A DNA stretch of 64,000 nt from a virus, in the IMG/VR virus record IMGVR_UViG_3300038366_000033, positions 14,378 to 78,377 of that record. One strand, given 5' to 3'. Below the pieces are notes generated by a model, which did not search any database, had not been told where the DNA came from, and saw nothing but the letters and a program-made list of their open reading frames with translations. Both the position numbers and the translations under genes were made by a program. Below, piece by piece: positions 26,512 through 36,819 of this stretch (the first letter of the stretch is position 1; each line of letters starts with the position of its first letter).

Positions 26512-29500
26512 TTTGAATCCTTCTTATGTTCTATTGATACTTTTGCTTTTGTCTGCGTAGGTTGGTCTGGCTGAAGTTGAAGCTGGTATGGACCCACATC
26601 GTTTACCAGTCTTAGCTCTACTTCGCCACCTGAACCCCCCGAAACGTTTTCATTTACACTGATAGTAGTCTCGTTTGCAGCTGAGTCGAAAGATGTTCCT
26701 GACACTGTGAAGTCGCCATCATCGCTGCTTGTTCCTGAAACTCTCAACGTGTCGCCCGATTTTAGGAAAGATGTTTTATCACCAGAGATAACGAACTGGT
26801 TAGGTGATGATGACAGTATGTCAAATGTGCGATTAATCTTTTTGCCTTGGTCGCTGTTCCTCCCAGAGTTATTTTGTCCAGGATATAGCAGACCGGTGAT
26901 GTCTCTTGAAGTGTTAGTCGAATTGTCTTGAGGTTCTGTATCGAGAAAGATATCGTAGTTGTTGGCTACCGCGTTAGCGTCGGCGATAAGACCTGTACTG
27001 ACATTTGTAGCAACATCTTCTATACTACCGTTTCTTTTGTCTACAGTGGTCTTTGTCTGTTCCTCTTTAGCCGATGAGAAACGTGAGTTTGTTGCTGTTG
27101 CTGCGAGATTCACTCCATCATTGCCAGAGACATCTCTGACTTCGAAAGGTTTCTCATCCGATGCCGCATCAATCTGTACGAAAAGTTCGTCGTCCTGATA
27201 ACTGTTGGAGGTCACGGCTGTTCCGTTGTTGGCGGTTATGGTCTCCTGTCGTGAGAGATTGCCGTCCTCATCTTCGTTTGCTACAGTTATAGAAACATCG
27301 TTAGCGTTTTCTGTCGTATCAAGGACTATACTTTCATTGTTCGAACTGAAGTCAAGAAGTACGTCACCTTCATCATTTACCGCTGTTTCAAAGGATATCT
27401 CCTTGTTTTCAGCACCTGCACCTACATCAGTCAAAGTGTTGCTGAAGTCAGCACGTCTTGGAACGTCGTGAGTGTGGTTCAACTGCTTCACCTTCACATC
27501 GCCTTGAAGCGAATCAATCTTTCTAACCGCGTTATCAAGTATTGTAACATAAACTTCATATCTACTTGAGATATCCTGATACGGTATAAATGTCTGCTCT
27601 CTCAGATAGAAGTCGTTTGTAGGCGCTCTCTGTTCTCCGACATTAGGCACTGAAACGGACTTGACTGTATCACCGCTGACTGTCTGTGTCGTGACTCCTT
27701 GTGAGCCTCCGACACCTCTTTGTGAGCTTGTTCTTACTGTTTCACCGTCAACTCCAAAACCGACAACCTGCTGCTCTACGTTAGACAGACCTCTCTCATC
27801 GTATACTTCTAAGGTGACGTCGTAAACGTTTTCCTGTGTGTATGTATGAGTAATGTCGCCGCTTTTGTTATCTGGCTGAGGAACATCAGCGACATATATT
27901 AAACCTTGCGCTTCTTCAGTTAAACCGAGTATATTATTTCTTGAGTCTTTTGAGGAGAAAGCAACTATACCTTCACCGTTAGAGCCTGTACTTCTTATCT
28001 CTTCTACATTTACACCGTCGTTCGGTCCAACCTTATCACCTTCGTTTGCGACCTGAGTGGTTCCATCTACAGTTATTGTTGCCTCGTCACCGTCAGCCTG
28101 AACAAAGGTTGTACCTAAAGTCAACTCGTTACCATTTACAGTAACTGTAGTGGTGTTACCTGTTTCCGTCACTGCGAAGTTTGATATATTTATTTCATGA
28201 GAGTTAAGTTTTATCTCCTCTAACTTGACAGCATCACCGACACCACCGCTGTTAGTTGCTTCGAAAAGGTCAAGAATATCGCCCTCCTGTATCTGACTCT
28301 CAGAGCCTTCATACTCTACCCTGACTGCAGCGTCCTTAATGAATTTTGTAGTGCCGTCTCCAAGGTTCCACTCCCAAGCGATTATTGTATTATCTCCCTC
28401 CGGGTCTGTTGAGTTATCTATAAAATCTATAGGATTACCGACTGATGGTTCGGGAGGGTCAAGGGCGAATTTAGCATCTGGAGCATCGTTTTCTTCAACA
28501 GTGAAATTTATACTATCTGTAGCAAGTGCTGTATTATTTATTTCGTCGTTGTCATCGTTATACTCTGCCTCAATCTCAAGTGTGTGCGTTCCTGTAGACA
28601 ATCCCGTAATCAGGATGTCTCTCTTCTGATACAGCTCAAAATAAACGCCTTTTACGTCAAAGTCTGTATTGTTACTAATCTTTGATATATGTGCTTTGTC
28701 TCCGCCTCCTAAGTCAATCACATCAAATCGCTGTACGGTTTCTAGGTTGCTACCAACTATTACATCAGCTTTTTTGGTTCCGTTGGATTCGAAAACATTA
28801 ACAACTTCTAGGCTTATTGTTCCCTCACCATAATCCCAAGAAGTGTTTTCGTTCTCAGTTAAGTGTTTACTGCTGCCCGATGAAACAAAAGATCGAGACT
28901 TGGGGTCAATAGGTTTTACTCTTGAAGATGATATAACATTCCCATCAAGAATAAGTTTGAAATCTGAGAGCGCCTCCCCTGCAATGTATTCGAACTTGAC
29001 AGGGAGAGACGTATCATTGACTGTTTTAGATGTGTTAGGCTGGCTTATGAACGCTTCTTCCAGCGTAACGAATAGAGGTCCGAATTTTTTCCGCGATAGG
29101 AAGTTTTCTGTATTTAATTCGGTGAACTCTATAATGTAATTATAAGTTCCAGCGCCTTCTATGGCGAAATCAGGGTTGTCGAATAGTTCCACTTGTTCAG
29201 GAAAGTCGTATTGCTCGAAGTTAGGTTCGAAGAAATCGTTGATGTCATCATCAATAAGATTAAAAACGCCGAAGAAATCATTCTGCCCATCAAAGAATCT
29301 GTCTGGAAAAACTAAATCTACATCTATCTCACCGCTTCTCTCGGAGTCTATAGAGCCATCAAAAGGTATGAATGTCTGACCTCCTTTTGGCATTGAGAAC
29401 GTTGTATTGTTGTCAGGAGAACCTTTCGCAAGAGTGGTGTCATTAGCCTCGAACAGGGTTTCTTGAGCAGAAATATCTGTTTTCTTAACGTTCTGTTCGT

Positions 29501-31904
29501 GAATAGTCTGTGCGTTCAGCGGTGGTGCTACTTTAATATCGAGACCTACGCTGTCAAGATTATTCCCGGAGCTGTCAAGGATAACCATGCCTACTGTTAC
29601 CTCTCCTTCGAACTGTGCTGTATTGTTTGTCTGGTCTTCTTGAATATCATCCAAGGTTAGAGTAGTCTCAAAGTTTGCAGAGTCAAAGGAGACGTTCTGT
29701 ATGATGAATGTTTTAGCTGCCTCAGGTATGAAAAGTTTGTTGCCTGCAGATGTCTGGTCATCTATCTTGTTAGCTATCAGTATCTGGTTATTTGCCACAT
29801 CTGTGCTGGCGATATTCTCTTCATTAAACGTGTGTTCAATCTGTGCGCCACCGTCATCTCTTGTTGAGCCGTCAACGCTTCTTCCGTTCGGAAGAGCCCA
29901 GTCAAAGCTGGCTGTGAAGTCTCTGGTAGAGTTTTCTGTCAGTGTTGCAGTCTGACCTGCAGGCGGGTTAAGAGGATTGATGGTAAAGTTTGCTACAATG
30001 TCTTTTGCCACGAAAGCAATCAAAAGATCTCTTGTCGGAGTGCCATTAGCATCTGTTATTTCAGTTACTTCAAACTGGAAGCTGTGAGAAATATCCAGCT
30101 CAGGTCTGTCAGTGGTTACTGTACCTACCGATTTCCAGCTGGAAGAATTAACAGATACATCAAACGGACCATTATCTAATGAAACAGATTTCTGCCTTAT
30201 TGAGCCGGCTGTTGCCGTAGCGCTGCCAACAGGGTGTGTATGCTCTTCTATGTTTGATTTTTCCATCGTCACGCCGCTCGGTGGAATACTTGTTCCGACC
30301 ACTTTTGTGCCAGGGTTGAAGTTACTCACTTCTGTGGTTTCAGCTTCAGCGGACGCCTTGAACGCTGCCGAATCATAGCTCAGGTTTACATCAGTTATCC
30401 TGTTTTTGCCTGTGACGTCTTTAACCCCGTCAGGAACCTCAAAGTCAAGTTTCAAAGGCTCTGGCTCTGTTGCATTACCGTTTTCTTTCTCGGTCTGTGT
30501 GTTTCTGCTGCCTTGCCCGAAATCTGTCTGACTCTTCGTAGTATCGGATAGGTTGCTGAAGTCATCGTAGAATGAGGCAGGTTTGTTACTGAGATGTACC
30601 GTAGACTCCGCCTCGTTCTGGTCAAATCTTATCTTCAGACGAGTCTTAACAACCCGGAAAATCCCTTTGACCTTTGCATCTTTATCCACTACCTTGAAGA
30701 CGCTGCCAAGACCGTAAAGCTTGTAGCTGTCAGAAGGAGTAACCTCTACGTCTCTGTATGCAATGCTTCTTTCTGCAAGTATTCTGAGAACTGTTTTTTC
30801 GGCCTCTTCTTGGGATACAATTGTTTTATCCGTAAATATCTTTGTCTTTTCATCGCCTACAGCATCAACCGTGTAAACCATGGTTCCGCTGCTGCCGCCT
30901 AAACTAAATGCACCGCCTGTGTTTTTTTCTACGTTACCGGTGACAGATACCGTGGTCTCATTGTTATTACTGTCGAAAGAGGTGGATGCCACTGTAAATT
31001 CATCTTTCTCTGATTTGCCGCCTCCCAGCAGACCGGACTTCTTTCGTATCTTGATAATGTCGCCCGAGTTTATGACTCCGGTCTTATCCTCTTTTACCGT
31101 AAATGTGTCGTTCTGTTTGTCAGAGGCGACTATCTCTGCACGTTCAGCGGATGCTGTAATCTGGTCGTCACCGTCACCACTGCCACGTACAACTGCTGCC
31201 TTGAAATCTCCCTTGTTTTTATTGGTGTTCTGTTTTATTTCTCTGGCGTTTGGGTTCGGTCCCTCCGTCGTAAAAGTGTCTATAGGTGAACCATCGCCGG
31301 CTGTATTTGTTAGAGTGGTTTCTATGTTGAGAACAGGATTGTTTGAGTCGTCAAAGGTCACATACCACTCTAATCCGTATTCACTTGTCAGTCTGTTCAG
31401 GTCTTTGATAGCCGTCTCCTTAACACGGAACTCATCTACATTAATCGTTGTAGGCAGCTCAAATGAAGTCGAGAATGTTTTGCCAGTCGACTGAACAGTA
31501 TATCCGTCTACTAGAAAGTTAATTATCTCTGTTGCTGTGGCATTGTCTTTAGGCTTGAAAACCTTGTCATTTTTGCCTTGAAGCTCTTTACTGTATCCTG
31601 CGACCTGTAGAAGTGACTCGCTCCCGGTCTTGTTTTCAGCTTGTTGGACGACACCTCTGAACATCTCGAAGCCCTCTTTCTCTAGGACCAGTTCTTTACC
31701 CTGTACCAAGTCTGCGTTGAACCTCTGGGCGCCGGATAGTTTGACGTTGACCTTAGATGGCTGGTTGATTGCAAATTCAGTCTCGAAGTAGTCAATGTTG
31801 CCCTTGAGATCCGTCGGACCCAGTTTTACGTTCCATTCTGTGTCAGGGCTTGAAAATTTCTCTGCAGCTTCTAGGAAGTCTTTTCGTCTCTGTGGTATAT
31901 TCAT
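26508..31904 (-). CDS. tail tip hub/central fibre protein with PKD and adhesin domains
   Basis: second gene after the tape measure; hub-like N-terminus; PKD motifs (AWEWNLGDG, THTYTQENVYDVTLEVYD). Confidence 0.8.
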   Translation of the reverse strand: MNIPQRRKDFLEAAEKFSSPDTEWNVKLGPTDLKGNIDYFETEFAINQPSKVNVKLSGAQRFNADLVQGKELVLEKEGFEMFRGVVQQAENKTGSESLLQVAGYSKELQGKNDKVFKPKDNATATEIINFLVDGYTVQSTGKTFSTSFELPTTINVDEFRVKETAIKDLNRLTSEYGLEWYVTFDDSNNPVLNIETTLTNTAGDGSPIDTFTTEGPNPNAREIKQNTNKNKGDFKAAVVRGSGDGDDQITASAERAEIVASDKQNDTFTVKEDKTGVINSGDIIKIRKKSGLLGGGKSEKDEFTVASTSFDSNNNETTVSVTGNVEKNTGGAFSLGGSSGTMVYTVDAVGDEKTKIFTDKTIVSQEEAEKTVLRILAERSIAYRDVEVTPSDSYKLYGLGSVFKVVDKDAKVKGIFRVVKTRLKIRFDQNEAESTVHLSNKPASFYDDFSNLSDTTKSQTDFGQGSRNTQTEKENGNATEPEPLKLDFEVPDGVKDVTGKNRITDVNLSYDSAAFKASAEAETTEVSNFNPGTKVVGTSIPPSGVTMEKSNIEEHTHPVGSATATAGSIRQKSVSLDNGPFDVSVNSSSWKSVGTVTTDRPELDISHSFQFEVTEITDANGTPTRDLLIAFVAKDIVANFTINPLNPPAGQTATLTENSTRDFTASFDWALPNGRSVDGSTRDDGGAQIEHTFNEENIASTDVANNQILIANKIDDQTSAGNKLFIPEAAKTFIIQNVSFDSANFETTLTLDDIQEDQTNNTAQFEGEVTVGMVILDSSGNNLDSVGLDIKVAPPLNAQTIHEQNVKKTDISAQETLFEANDTTLAKGSPDNNTTFSMPKGGQTFIPFDGSIDSERSGEIDVDLVFPDRFFDGQNDFFGVFNLIDDDINDFFEPNFEQYDFPEQVELFDNPDFAIEGAGTYNYIIEFTELNTENFLSRKKFGPLFVTLEEAFISQPNTSKTVNDTSLPVKFEYIAGEALSDFKLILDGNVISSSRVKPIDPKSRSFVSSGSSKHLTENENTSWDYGEGTISLEVVNVFESNGTKKADVIVGSNLETVQRFDVIDLGGGDKAHISKISNNTDFDVKGVYFELYQKRDILITGLSTGTHTLEIEAEYNDDNDEINNTALATDSINFTVEENDAPDAKFALDPPEPSVGNPIDFIDNSTDPEGDNTIIAWEWNLGDGTTKFIKDAAVRVEYEGSESQIQEGDILDLFEATNSGGVGDAVKLEEIKLNSHEINISNFAVTETGNTTTVTVNGNELTLGTTFVQADGDEATITVDGTTQVANEGDKVGPNDGVNVEEIRSTGSNGEGIVAFSSKDSRNNILGLTEEAQGLIYVADVPQPDNKSGDITHTYTQENVYDVTLEVYDERGLSNVEQQVVGFGVDGETVRTSSQRGVGGSQGVTTQTVSGDTVKSVSVPNVGEQRAPTNDFYLREQTFIPYQDISSRYEVYVTILDNAVRKIDSLQGDVKVKQLNHTHDVPRRADFSNTLTDVGAGAENKEISFETAVNDEGDVLLDFSSNNESIVLDTTENANDVSITVANEDEDGNLSRQETITANNGTAVTSNSYQDDELFVQIDAASDEKPFEVRDVSGNDGVNLAATATNSRFSSAKEEQTKTTVDKRNGSIEDVATNVSTGLIADANAVANNYDIFLDTEPQDNSTNTSRDITGLLYPGQNNSGRNSDQGKKINRTFDILSSSPNQFVISGDKTSFLKSGDTLRVSGTSSDDGDFTVSGTSFDSAANETTISVNENVSGGSGGEVELRLVNDVGPYQLQLQPDQPTQTKAKVSIEHKKDSK

Positions 31905-32797
31905 GTGTCTGTTCCTCCTTTACGTAGTTCTAGTTCAATCTTGAAAATGTCTGGATTCTCTGATTCTGAAACAATATTGACACTTTTAGGCGTTACGAGG
32001 TATTCTCTTGCACTCTTCTCATCTGACGGCGCAGTAACGGATTTCTTATCAAGCCGCATGACCGCAGGATTGCCTAACTGTGCCATTCTTCTTATGAGTG
32101 AGGCGATGTTCTGTGCTGTAACTTCAAAGTCGTACTTGACTGTGATATCTTCGTTAATTATTGTCCTGTCGCCTAGGTCTACGAAGCCAAAAGGTCCCTT
32201 CACCTGTTCCTCGGTTTTACTTAACTGATCTTGCAAGATAGTTATCTGTCCTCTGTCGTAGTCTAGTTTGTAGTCGTCACCCCTGTCTAGCGAACCTTTA
32301 TCAGTCCCTTCGACAGTCTCTGAGTCAAAAATTATACCTGTATCCCCAAGTGGCTGTGCCTCACCGAAACCGCCGACTTTGATTGTATCTGTAGTAATTG
32401 TTGCTGTTCCGTCACCGTTTCTCAAGTGGCTGCTATTTGTGGGGTCTGCCGGGCTTCTGAAAGGTGGAAGGCTGTGTATAATCTTACCACCGGGTCTAGA
32501 GTCATCTTGGTCGCCTCTGGCATAGACGTAAGCAGATATCTCAAAAGTATGTTTTGCCTTCATGGTGTCGACAACCAATGTCTTATCTCCCTTGAAGTGC
32601 TGGTCAGGTCCTTTGTTTATGCTCTGAAACTGCGGTTCCTTCTTGAACACTTCTTTGATGCTCTCCGAGTAAAGTTTGACTTCAAAACCATCAGCCACAG
32701 AAGGAGTGTTTCTCTCTGCCTCGTTAGGAAGTGGTTGATACTGAAGTGTTAATGTCCTTTCTGGAATACCGCCGTCAGTCACGTTTACATTTGCCAT
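31901..32797 (-). CDS. distal tail/baseplate protein
   Basis: directly after tape measure; DYKLDYDRGQITI insert. Confidence 0.6.
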   Translation of the reverse strand: MANVNVTDGGIPERTLTLQYQPLPNEAERNTPSVADGFEVKLYSESIKEVFKKEPQFQSINKGPDQHFKGDKTLVVDTMKAKHTFEISAYVYARGDQDDSRPGGKIIHSLPPFRSPADPTNSSHLRNGDGTATITTDTIKVGGFGEAQPLGDTGIIFDSETVEGTDKGSLDRGDDYKLDYDRGQITILQDQLSKTEEQVKGPFGFVDLGDRTIINEDITVKYDFEVTAQNIASLIRRMAQLGNPAVMRLDKKSVTAPSDEKSAREYLVTPKSVNIVSESENPDIFKIELELRKGGTDT

Positions 32798-32801
32798 AGT
32801 A

Positions 32802-34856
32802 TTAGTTGAAGAATCTGTTCCGTCTGTTTGTCTCGTTACCTATTGCTTGGCCGACTTGTCTACCTGTTTCACCAGCGGTCTCTTCGCTGTTATTAACTTC
32901 GGCTTGGACGTTTATATTATTTTGCTGGACGTTGTTGTTTCCGCCCGATCCTCCGTTTCCTCCTCCGGGAATACCGCCAACAGTGTTCGAAACACCAGAG
33001 ATAAGGTTACTTCCTGCTTTGGCTATACCGCTTCCGATATTCTTCACGGCTGATCCTGCACCGATCAGGGCATCGACGACAAAGTCAGGTAGTATTCCTT
33101 TGAACGCCTCGAAGATTGATGAGCCTACACTGGTCAAACCGTTGACGATTGTAGCGACAATGGACTGCCCTATGCCGGCAATCTTGCCAGGTATGCTCAT
33201 AATGAACGAGACGATGTTTGCTACCATGTCAGGTATTATTGAGTTACCCACGATAGCCTTAGCCAACTTCCCGAAGAAACCGACCACACCTTTGAATATT
33301 TGCTTTCCTATGTTGAGAAGCCCTTTGAGCAAGCCCATGAAAATACTGACTCCTTTACTGACAATAGATGATACTATACTGATTATCTTATCACGGAATA
33401 CGAATATGATACCTAACAAAGCACCGATGGCCGCTCCTGCAAGAGCTAACGGTAGTAGCACACCACTCGCTATGACTGCGCCGATGCCAGCTATGACAGC
33501 GATTATTGTTCCAGCCACGGCAGCAACTTTCTTGCCGAAGCGTGCGGCAATAGAAGTCACGAGCTTGAATCCTACCGCTATACCACCTATCAATGATCCA
33601 ATCATTGAAAGAACTCCCAAAACGCCTGTCTGAAGAATGCCAGCTAACAAGGTCAGGAATGATGACAGCGCACCGCCGACCGTGGTCAAAACAGAAATAA
33701 TTGTAACTATGGGTGAAGCAAGAATAGTTAACAACGAACCGAAGGCAGCCACTGCGGCAGCGGCCAGCAAGAAGTTTCCGATAGATTCACGAACACTCTC
33801 ATCAAGACCCATGATGAACTCTTGGAAGTCAAGCACAATATCTAAGACGTTCAACGCCGAAGGCAGGAAGAAAAACCGCAAAGTGTTTCCAAGAACCTCA
33901 AAGACTCCTACTGCGCCCAAGGCCCCAGCCGCAAGCCCTCCAAACACAAATGCAAGAGTTAGTAATGTGAACTGCAGACCAAGTAAACGCATCTGCAACT
34001 TTTGAGCTGACGGTGCGGCCCGGCCGAGTTCCCTCGTAAGTGCGCCCGTCATACGTGCTGTGTTGGACATCCCTCTGCCAGCACGACCTAGAGAACCCCC
34101 TAGTTTCTTCGTGAGCCCTGCCATAGATTGTGTAGCTGGTGCAGCTCTATCGAGAGCCGTCCTGAAAACCGGTATAGAACGGGCAAGTCTCTGGAATTTC
34201 ATGTTGGCGGTCTCAAGCCTAGATCTGTCAAGGTTCTCAACAGTCTGTACATTTATTCCTTGAGAGGCTGAGGAAACTTCATCAAGACCTGTGGTCACAT
34301 CAGAAATGCTGCGCACTGCCTCTTGTGCCCCAGCGCTTAACTCTGATAGAGGAGTCCCTTCTACTAGCTTTGCCGTATCGAAGCTGTTTGAGAGACCATC
34401 GTTGAGAGTATTTAGGTTTCTTGGTTCAGGAGTGAGATTATCTGAGACGGTTGGAGATGGTATTTCGAACCTGCTTGGATCGAAGTCATCCTTTAGCATG
34501 TCCGCCGGACTTCTCATCTCGCCGAAGCTGATATTTATAGGTGTACCGTTTCTCAAACGCCTCAGGGCGGCGGCAGTTTGTGCAAGCACCTCTTGCTTAT
34601 CCTTGAACTTACCGTCCGCACCCCTAACTTTGCTGCCTCCTTCTTCAAAAGATACATCTAAATTAGCCTCAGCTAGGGCGTTGTCTAACTTATTGACGCT
34701 TGCACGTAGCTGATTGAACTCCTGAACCTGTCTGAGGAACCCCATACTGCCCGCCATCTGGGCTTCAGTCTTACCTAACTCTTTTCGGAGTCTCTTGAAG
34801 CCGTCCGAATCAAGACGGGTCTGGATGTCTATGTTGAGCTCTTCTCGAAATGCCAT
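32802..34856 (-). CDS. tail tape measure protein
   Basis: A/G-rich helical protein with hydrophobic core, HSIIPDM-like NSIIPDM motif, position. Confidence 0.85.
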   Translation of the reverse strand: MAFREELNIDIQTRLDSDGFKRLRKELGKTEAQMAGSMGFLRQVQEFNQLRASVNKLDNALAEANLDVSFEEGGSKVRGADGKFKDKQEVLAQTAAALRRLRNGTPINISFGEMRSPADMLKDDFDPSRFEIPSPTVSDNLTPEPRNLNTLNDGLSNSFDTAKLVEGTPLSELSAGAQEAVRSISDVTTGLDEVSSASQGINVQTVENLDRSRLETANMKFQRLARSIPVFRTALDRAAPATQSMAGLTKKLGGSLGRAGRGMSNTARMTGALTRELGRAAPSAQKLQMRLLGLQFTLLTLAFVFGGLAAGALGAVGVFEVLGNTLRFFFLPSALNVLDIVLDFQEFIMGLDESVRESIGNFLLAAAAVAAFGSLLTILASPIVTIISVLTTVGGALSSFLTLLAGILQTGVLGVLSMIGSLIGGIAVGFKLVTSIAARFGKKVAAVAGTIIAVIAGIGAVIASGVLLPLALAGAAIGALLGIIFVFRDKIISIVSSIVSKGVSIFMGLLKGLLNIGKQIFKGVVGFFGKLAKAIVGNSIIPDMVANIVSFIMSIPGKIAGIGQSIVATIVNGLTSVGSSIFEAFKGILPDFVVDALIGAGSAVKNIGSGIAKAGSNLISGVSNTVGGIPGGGNGGSGGNNNVQQNNINVQAEVNNSEETAGETGRQVGQAIGNETNRRNRFFN

Positions 34857-34860
34857 TCTT

Positions 34861-35202
34861 CTAGTTGAAAGTCTGGTTCTTCATGCTTTGTTTCGCCTTC
34901 TGTTTTTTCCTCTGCTTTTCCTTCTCTTCTTGATGCTCTTTCAGGAGCTCAAGATATGCAGCCAGTGTCTTCAGGGGCATCCCACGACGCCTGACCATCT
35001 CTGTGGACTCTACCTTTCTCTTACCCACGATGTAGTCCAGAATCCCTCCAAGTGGTCCTTCTCTGTCTACCTTCTTCACGAAAGTGACTGGTTCCTCGTA
35101 TCCGAAGATCTCTCTGTGGTTCATCCCTCCTTCTTTCACAAGCTGGTAGACGGCTTCAGCCAGATCCCCGTCAGGGACTTGGTTACCTACCGACTCCAGC
35201 AT
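34861..35202 (-). CDS. tail assembly chaperone, downstream (T) frame
   Basis: between chaperone and tape measure; -1 frame relative to upstream ORF. Confidence 0.65.
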   Translation of the reverse strand: MLESVGNQVPDGDLAEAVYQLVKEGGMNHREIFGYEEPVTFVKKVDREGPLGGILDYIVGKRKVESTEMVRRRGMPLKTLAAYLELLKEHQEEKEKQRKKQKAKQSMKNQTFN

Positions 35203-35213
35203 CTGTCGTCTCT

Positions 35214-35621
35214 TTATGCTTCTGGGGCTGGAAAATCCTTATCAGACATATCTACGCCATCGTTCCAGCCGAGTGAAGATACAAGCTTGTTTATCAGTAC
35301 AGGAAGCTTACGAACGAGCAATCCGTTGATGAATTTCTTCGCCTCTTCGTTTTCCTGTTGTCTTGATTCGTTCAGACTCTCAGGCTCCTTCTCTCTTACA
35401 TCATCGTAGTAAGGAAGGTAAGTTCTGTAGAGAATCTTCTCGAATGTGTCTGTCAGTTTCTCAACATCTTCTTCCGAGATGTCCTGACCGCCTTGACCGC
35501 CCATGGACATCATAGGTACGATATCCTCTACCCTGACGTCAAGTTCAAGCTCTTCGCCTTCTATCTCGATTTTGATGGGTTCGTCCATCGACATGCCTTC
35601 AAATTTGTTTTCTAGTGTCAT
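35214..35621 (-). CDS. tail assembly chaperone (G)
   Basis: position; GGATTTT near 3' end. Confidence 0.65.
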   Translation of the reverse strand: MTLENKFEGMSMDEPIKIEIEGEELELDVRVEDIVPMMSMGGQGGQDISEEDVEKLTDTFEKILYRTYLPYYDDVREKEPESLNESRQQENEEAKKFINGLLVRKLPVLINKLVSSLGWNDGVDMSDKDFPAPEA

Positions 35622-35654
35622 AGATCGTAGTAAACCTCTTCAAATATCGTGTTT

Positions 35655-35957
35655 TCAGTCGCCAAGTGTTGGCGTTAAGTCATCATCTTCATCGTCCGTG
35701 GATTTGCCTATCATTGCTTTCAACGCGGCAACTTCGTCCTGAAGCTGCGATACACGTTCCTGAAGGATGTCCACGCGACCGAACTTATCCTCCTTCAGTG
35801 ATGCCATGGCGTCGGCCATGACCTTCCAAACATCGTCGTCGTAGTGAAGCTTCGCCATTGAGATGTAATCGTTTTTGAGCTCCGTAGGTACATCGTAAAT
35901 CTTGAAGTCAGTCGGATTCTCCGGCTGCCAAACTTCGTTGTCTTCTTCTTCTGTCAT
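35655..35957 (-). CDS. small RHH-like/coiled-coil protein
   Basis: FKIYDVPTELKNDYISMAK pattern. Confidence 0.55.
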   Translation of the reverse strand: MTEEEDNEVWQPENPTDFKIYDVPTELKNDYISMAKLHYDDDVWKVMADAMASLKEDKFGRVDILQERVSQLQDEVAALKAMIGKSTDDEDDDLTPTLGD

Positions 35958-35967
35958 AATAGTATGA

Positions 35968-35985
35968 ACTCCCCGAAGGGGGAGT
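35968..35985 (-). terminator. stable hairpin after tail tube gene
   Basis: ACTCCCC-GAAG-GGGGAGT. Confidence 0.55.
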
Positions 35986-35991
35986 GTTGTT

Positions 35992-36597
35992 TTAAGGCGA
36001 GGGTGCTAGGTTGTCTTCAATGAACCTATCAGCCACTCTACAAAGTGCCGTACCTGTGATTTCTGCCGCTCCGTCTCCGGCAAGAGAAATCTCTCCCATC
36101 TGCTGGAAGATTGCGTTGTTCATCAGGTAATTCACTATCTCGTTGTCTGTGTCTGTTCCAGGATTAACCTTCTCTACCCTGAACAGGATTGCCTTGTTAG
36201 GACGGTTACCAATCGTGGTTCCGCCTTCGATACGTCTAAACTCACCGTTACTTGTGTCTGTGTCTGTAACTGTGGTTTCGGGCTCACCCATAAGCTCTTC
36301 GACAAGCGAGATATCTTGGAATCTTGCTGTAAACTCGATTTCCACAAGATCATGAGGGCTCTCTGTCATTACCTGTCCGCCAAACGTGTTCTGAACTTCA
36401 ACACTGGCCTCAGGGTCTGTCAGAGTTATCTCAGTAAGAATCCCAGATCTGTCCTCTCCTGTAATCTGAGTGTCAAGAGTCGAGCTAGAATCAATAGTGC
36501 TGAGAGCAGGTCCTATAAGCACCTGTGCCTCACGACCGTGGAATACACGGTTATCTGCGTTTGCTGGTTGAGCTGATGCTGCTTCGTTATCTGCCAT
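35992..36597 (-). CDS. major tail tube protein
   Basis: VFHGREAQV N-motif, beta-rich, precedes chaperones. Confidence 0.7.
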   Translation of the reverse strand: MADNEAASAQPANADNRVFHGREAQVLIGPALSTIDSSSTLDTQITGEDRSGILTEITLTDPEASVEVQNTFGGQVMTESPHDLVEIEFTARFQDISLVEELMGEPETTVTDTDTSNGEFRRIEGGTTIGNRPNKAILFRVEKVNPGTDTDNEIVNYLMNNAIFQQMGEISLAGDGAAEITGTALCRVADRFIEDNLAPSP

Positions 36598-36812
36598 TAT
36601 TCAATTTCACCTCCTTCGTCTGATTCTGTCTCTGATTTTTCTTCATCCGGCTCGTCGTCAATTTCCTGTGGTTCGTTGTCTTCTTCCAGCAAAAAACGTC
36701 TGTCTTCTCTATATCTCTCTATGTTGTCTATCTCTACGTCTTTTGTCTCTTCTGTCTCAATCCTAGTACCTTTGATCAGCACTGGATAATTTGAAACATT
36801 TGTTAGCTTCAT
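36597..36812 (-). CDS. small virion-module protein
   Basis: MKLTNVSNYPVLIKG..., acidic tail. Confidence 0.55.
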   Translation of the reverse strand: MKLTNVSNYPVLIKGTRIETEETKDVEIDNIERYREDRRFLLEEDNEPQEIDDEPDEEKSETESDEGGEIE

Positions 36813-36819
36813 AGTATCT

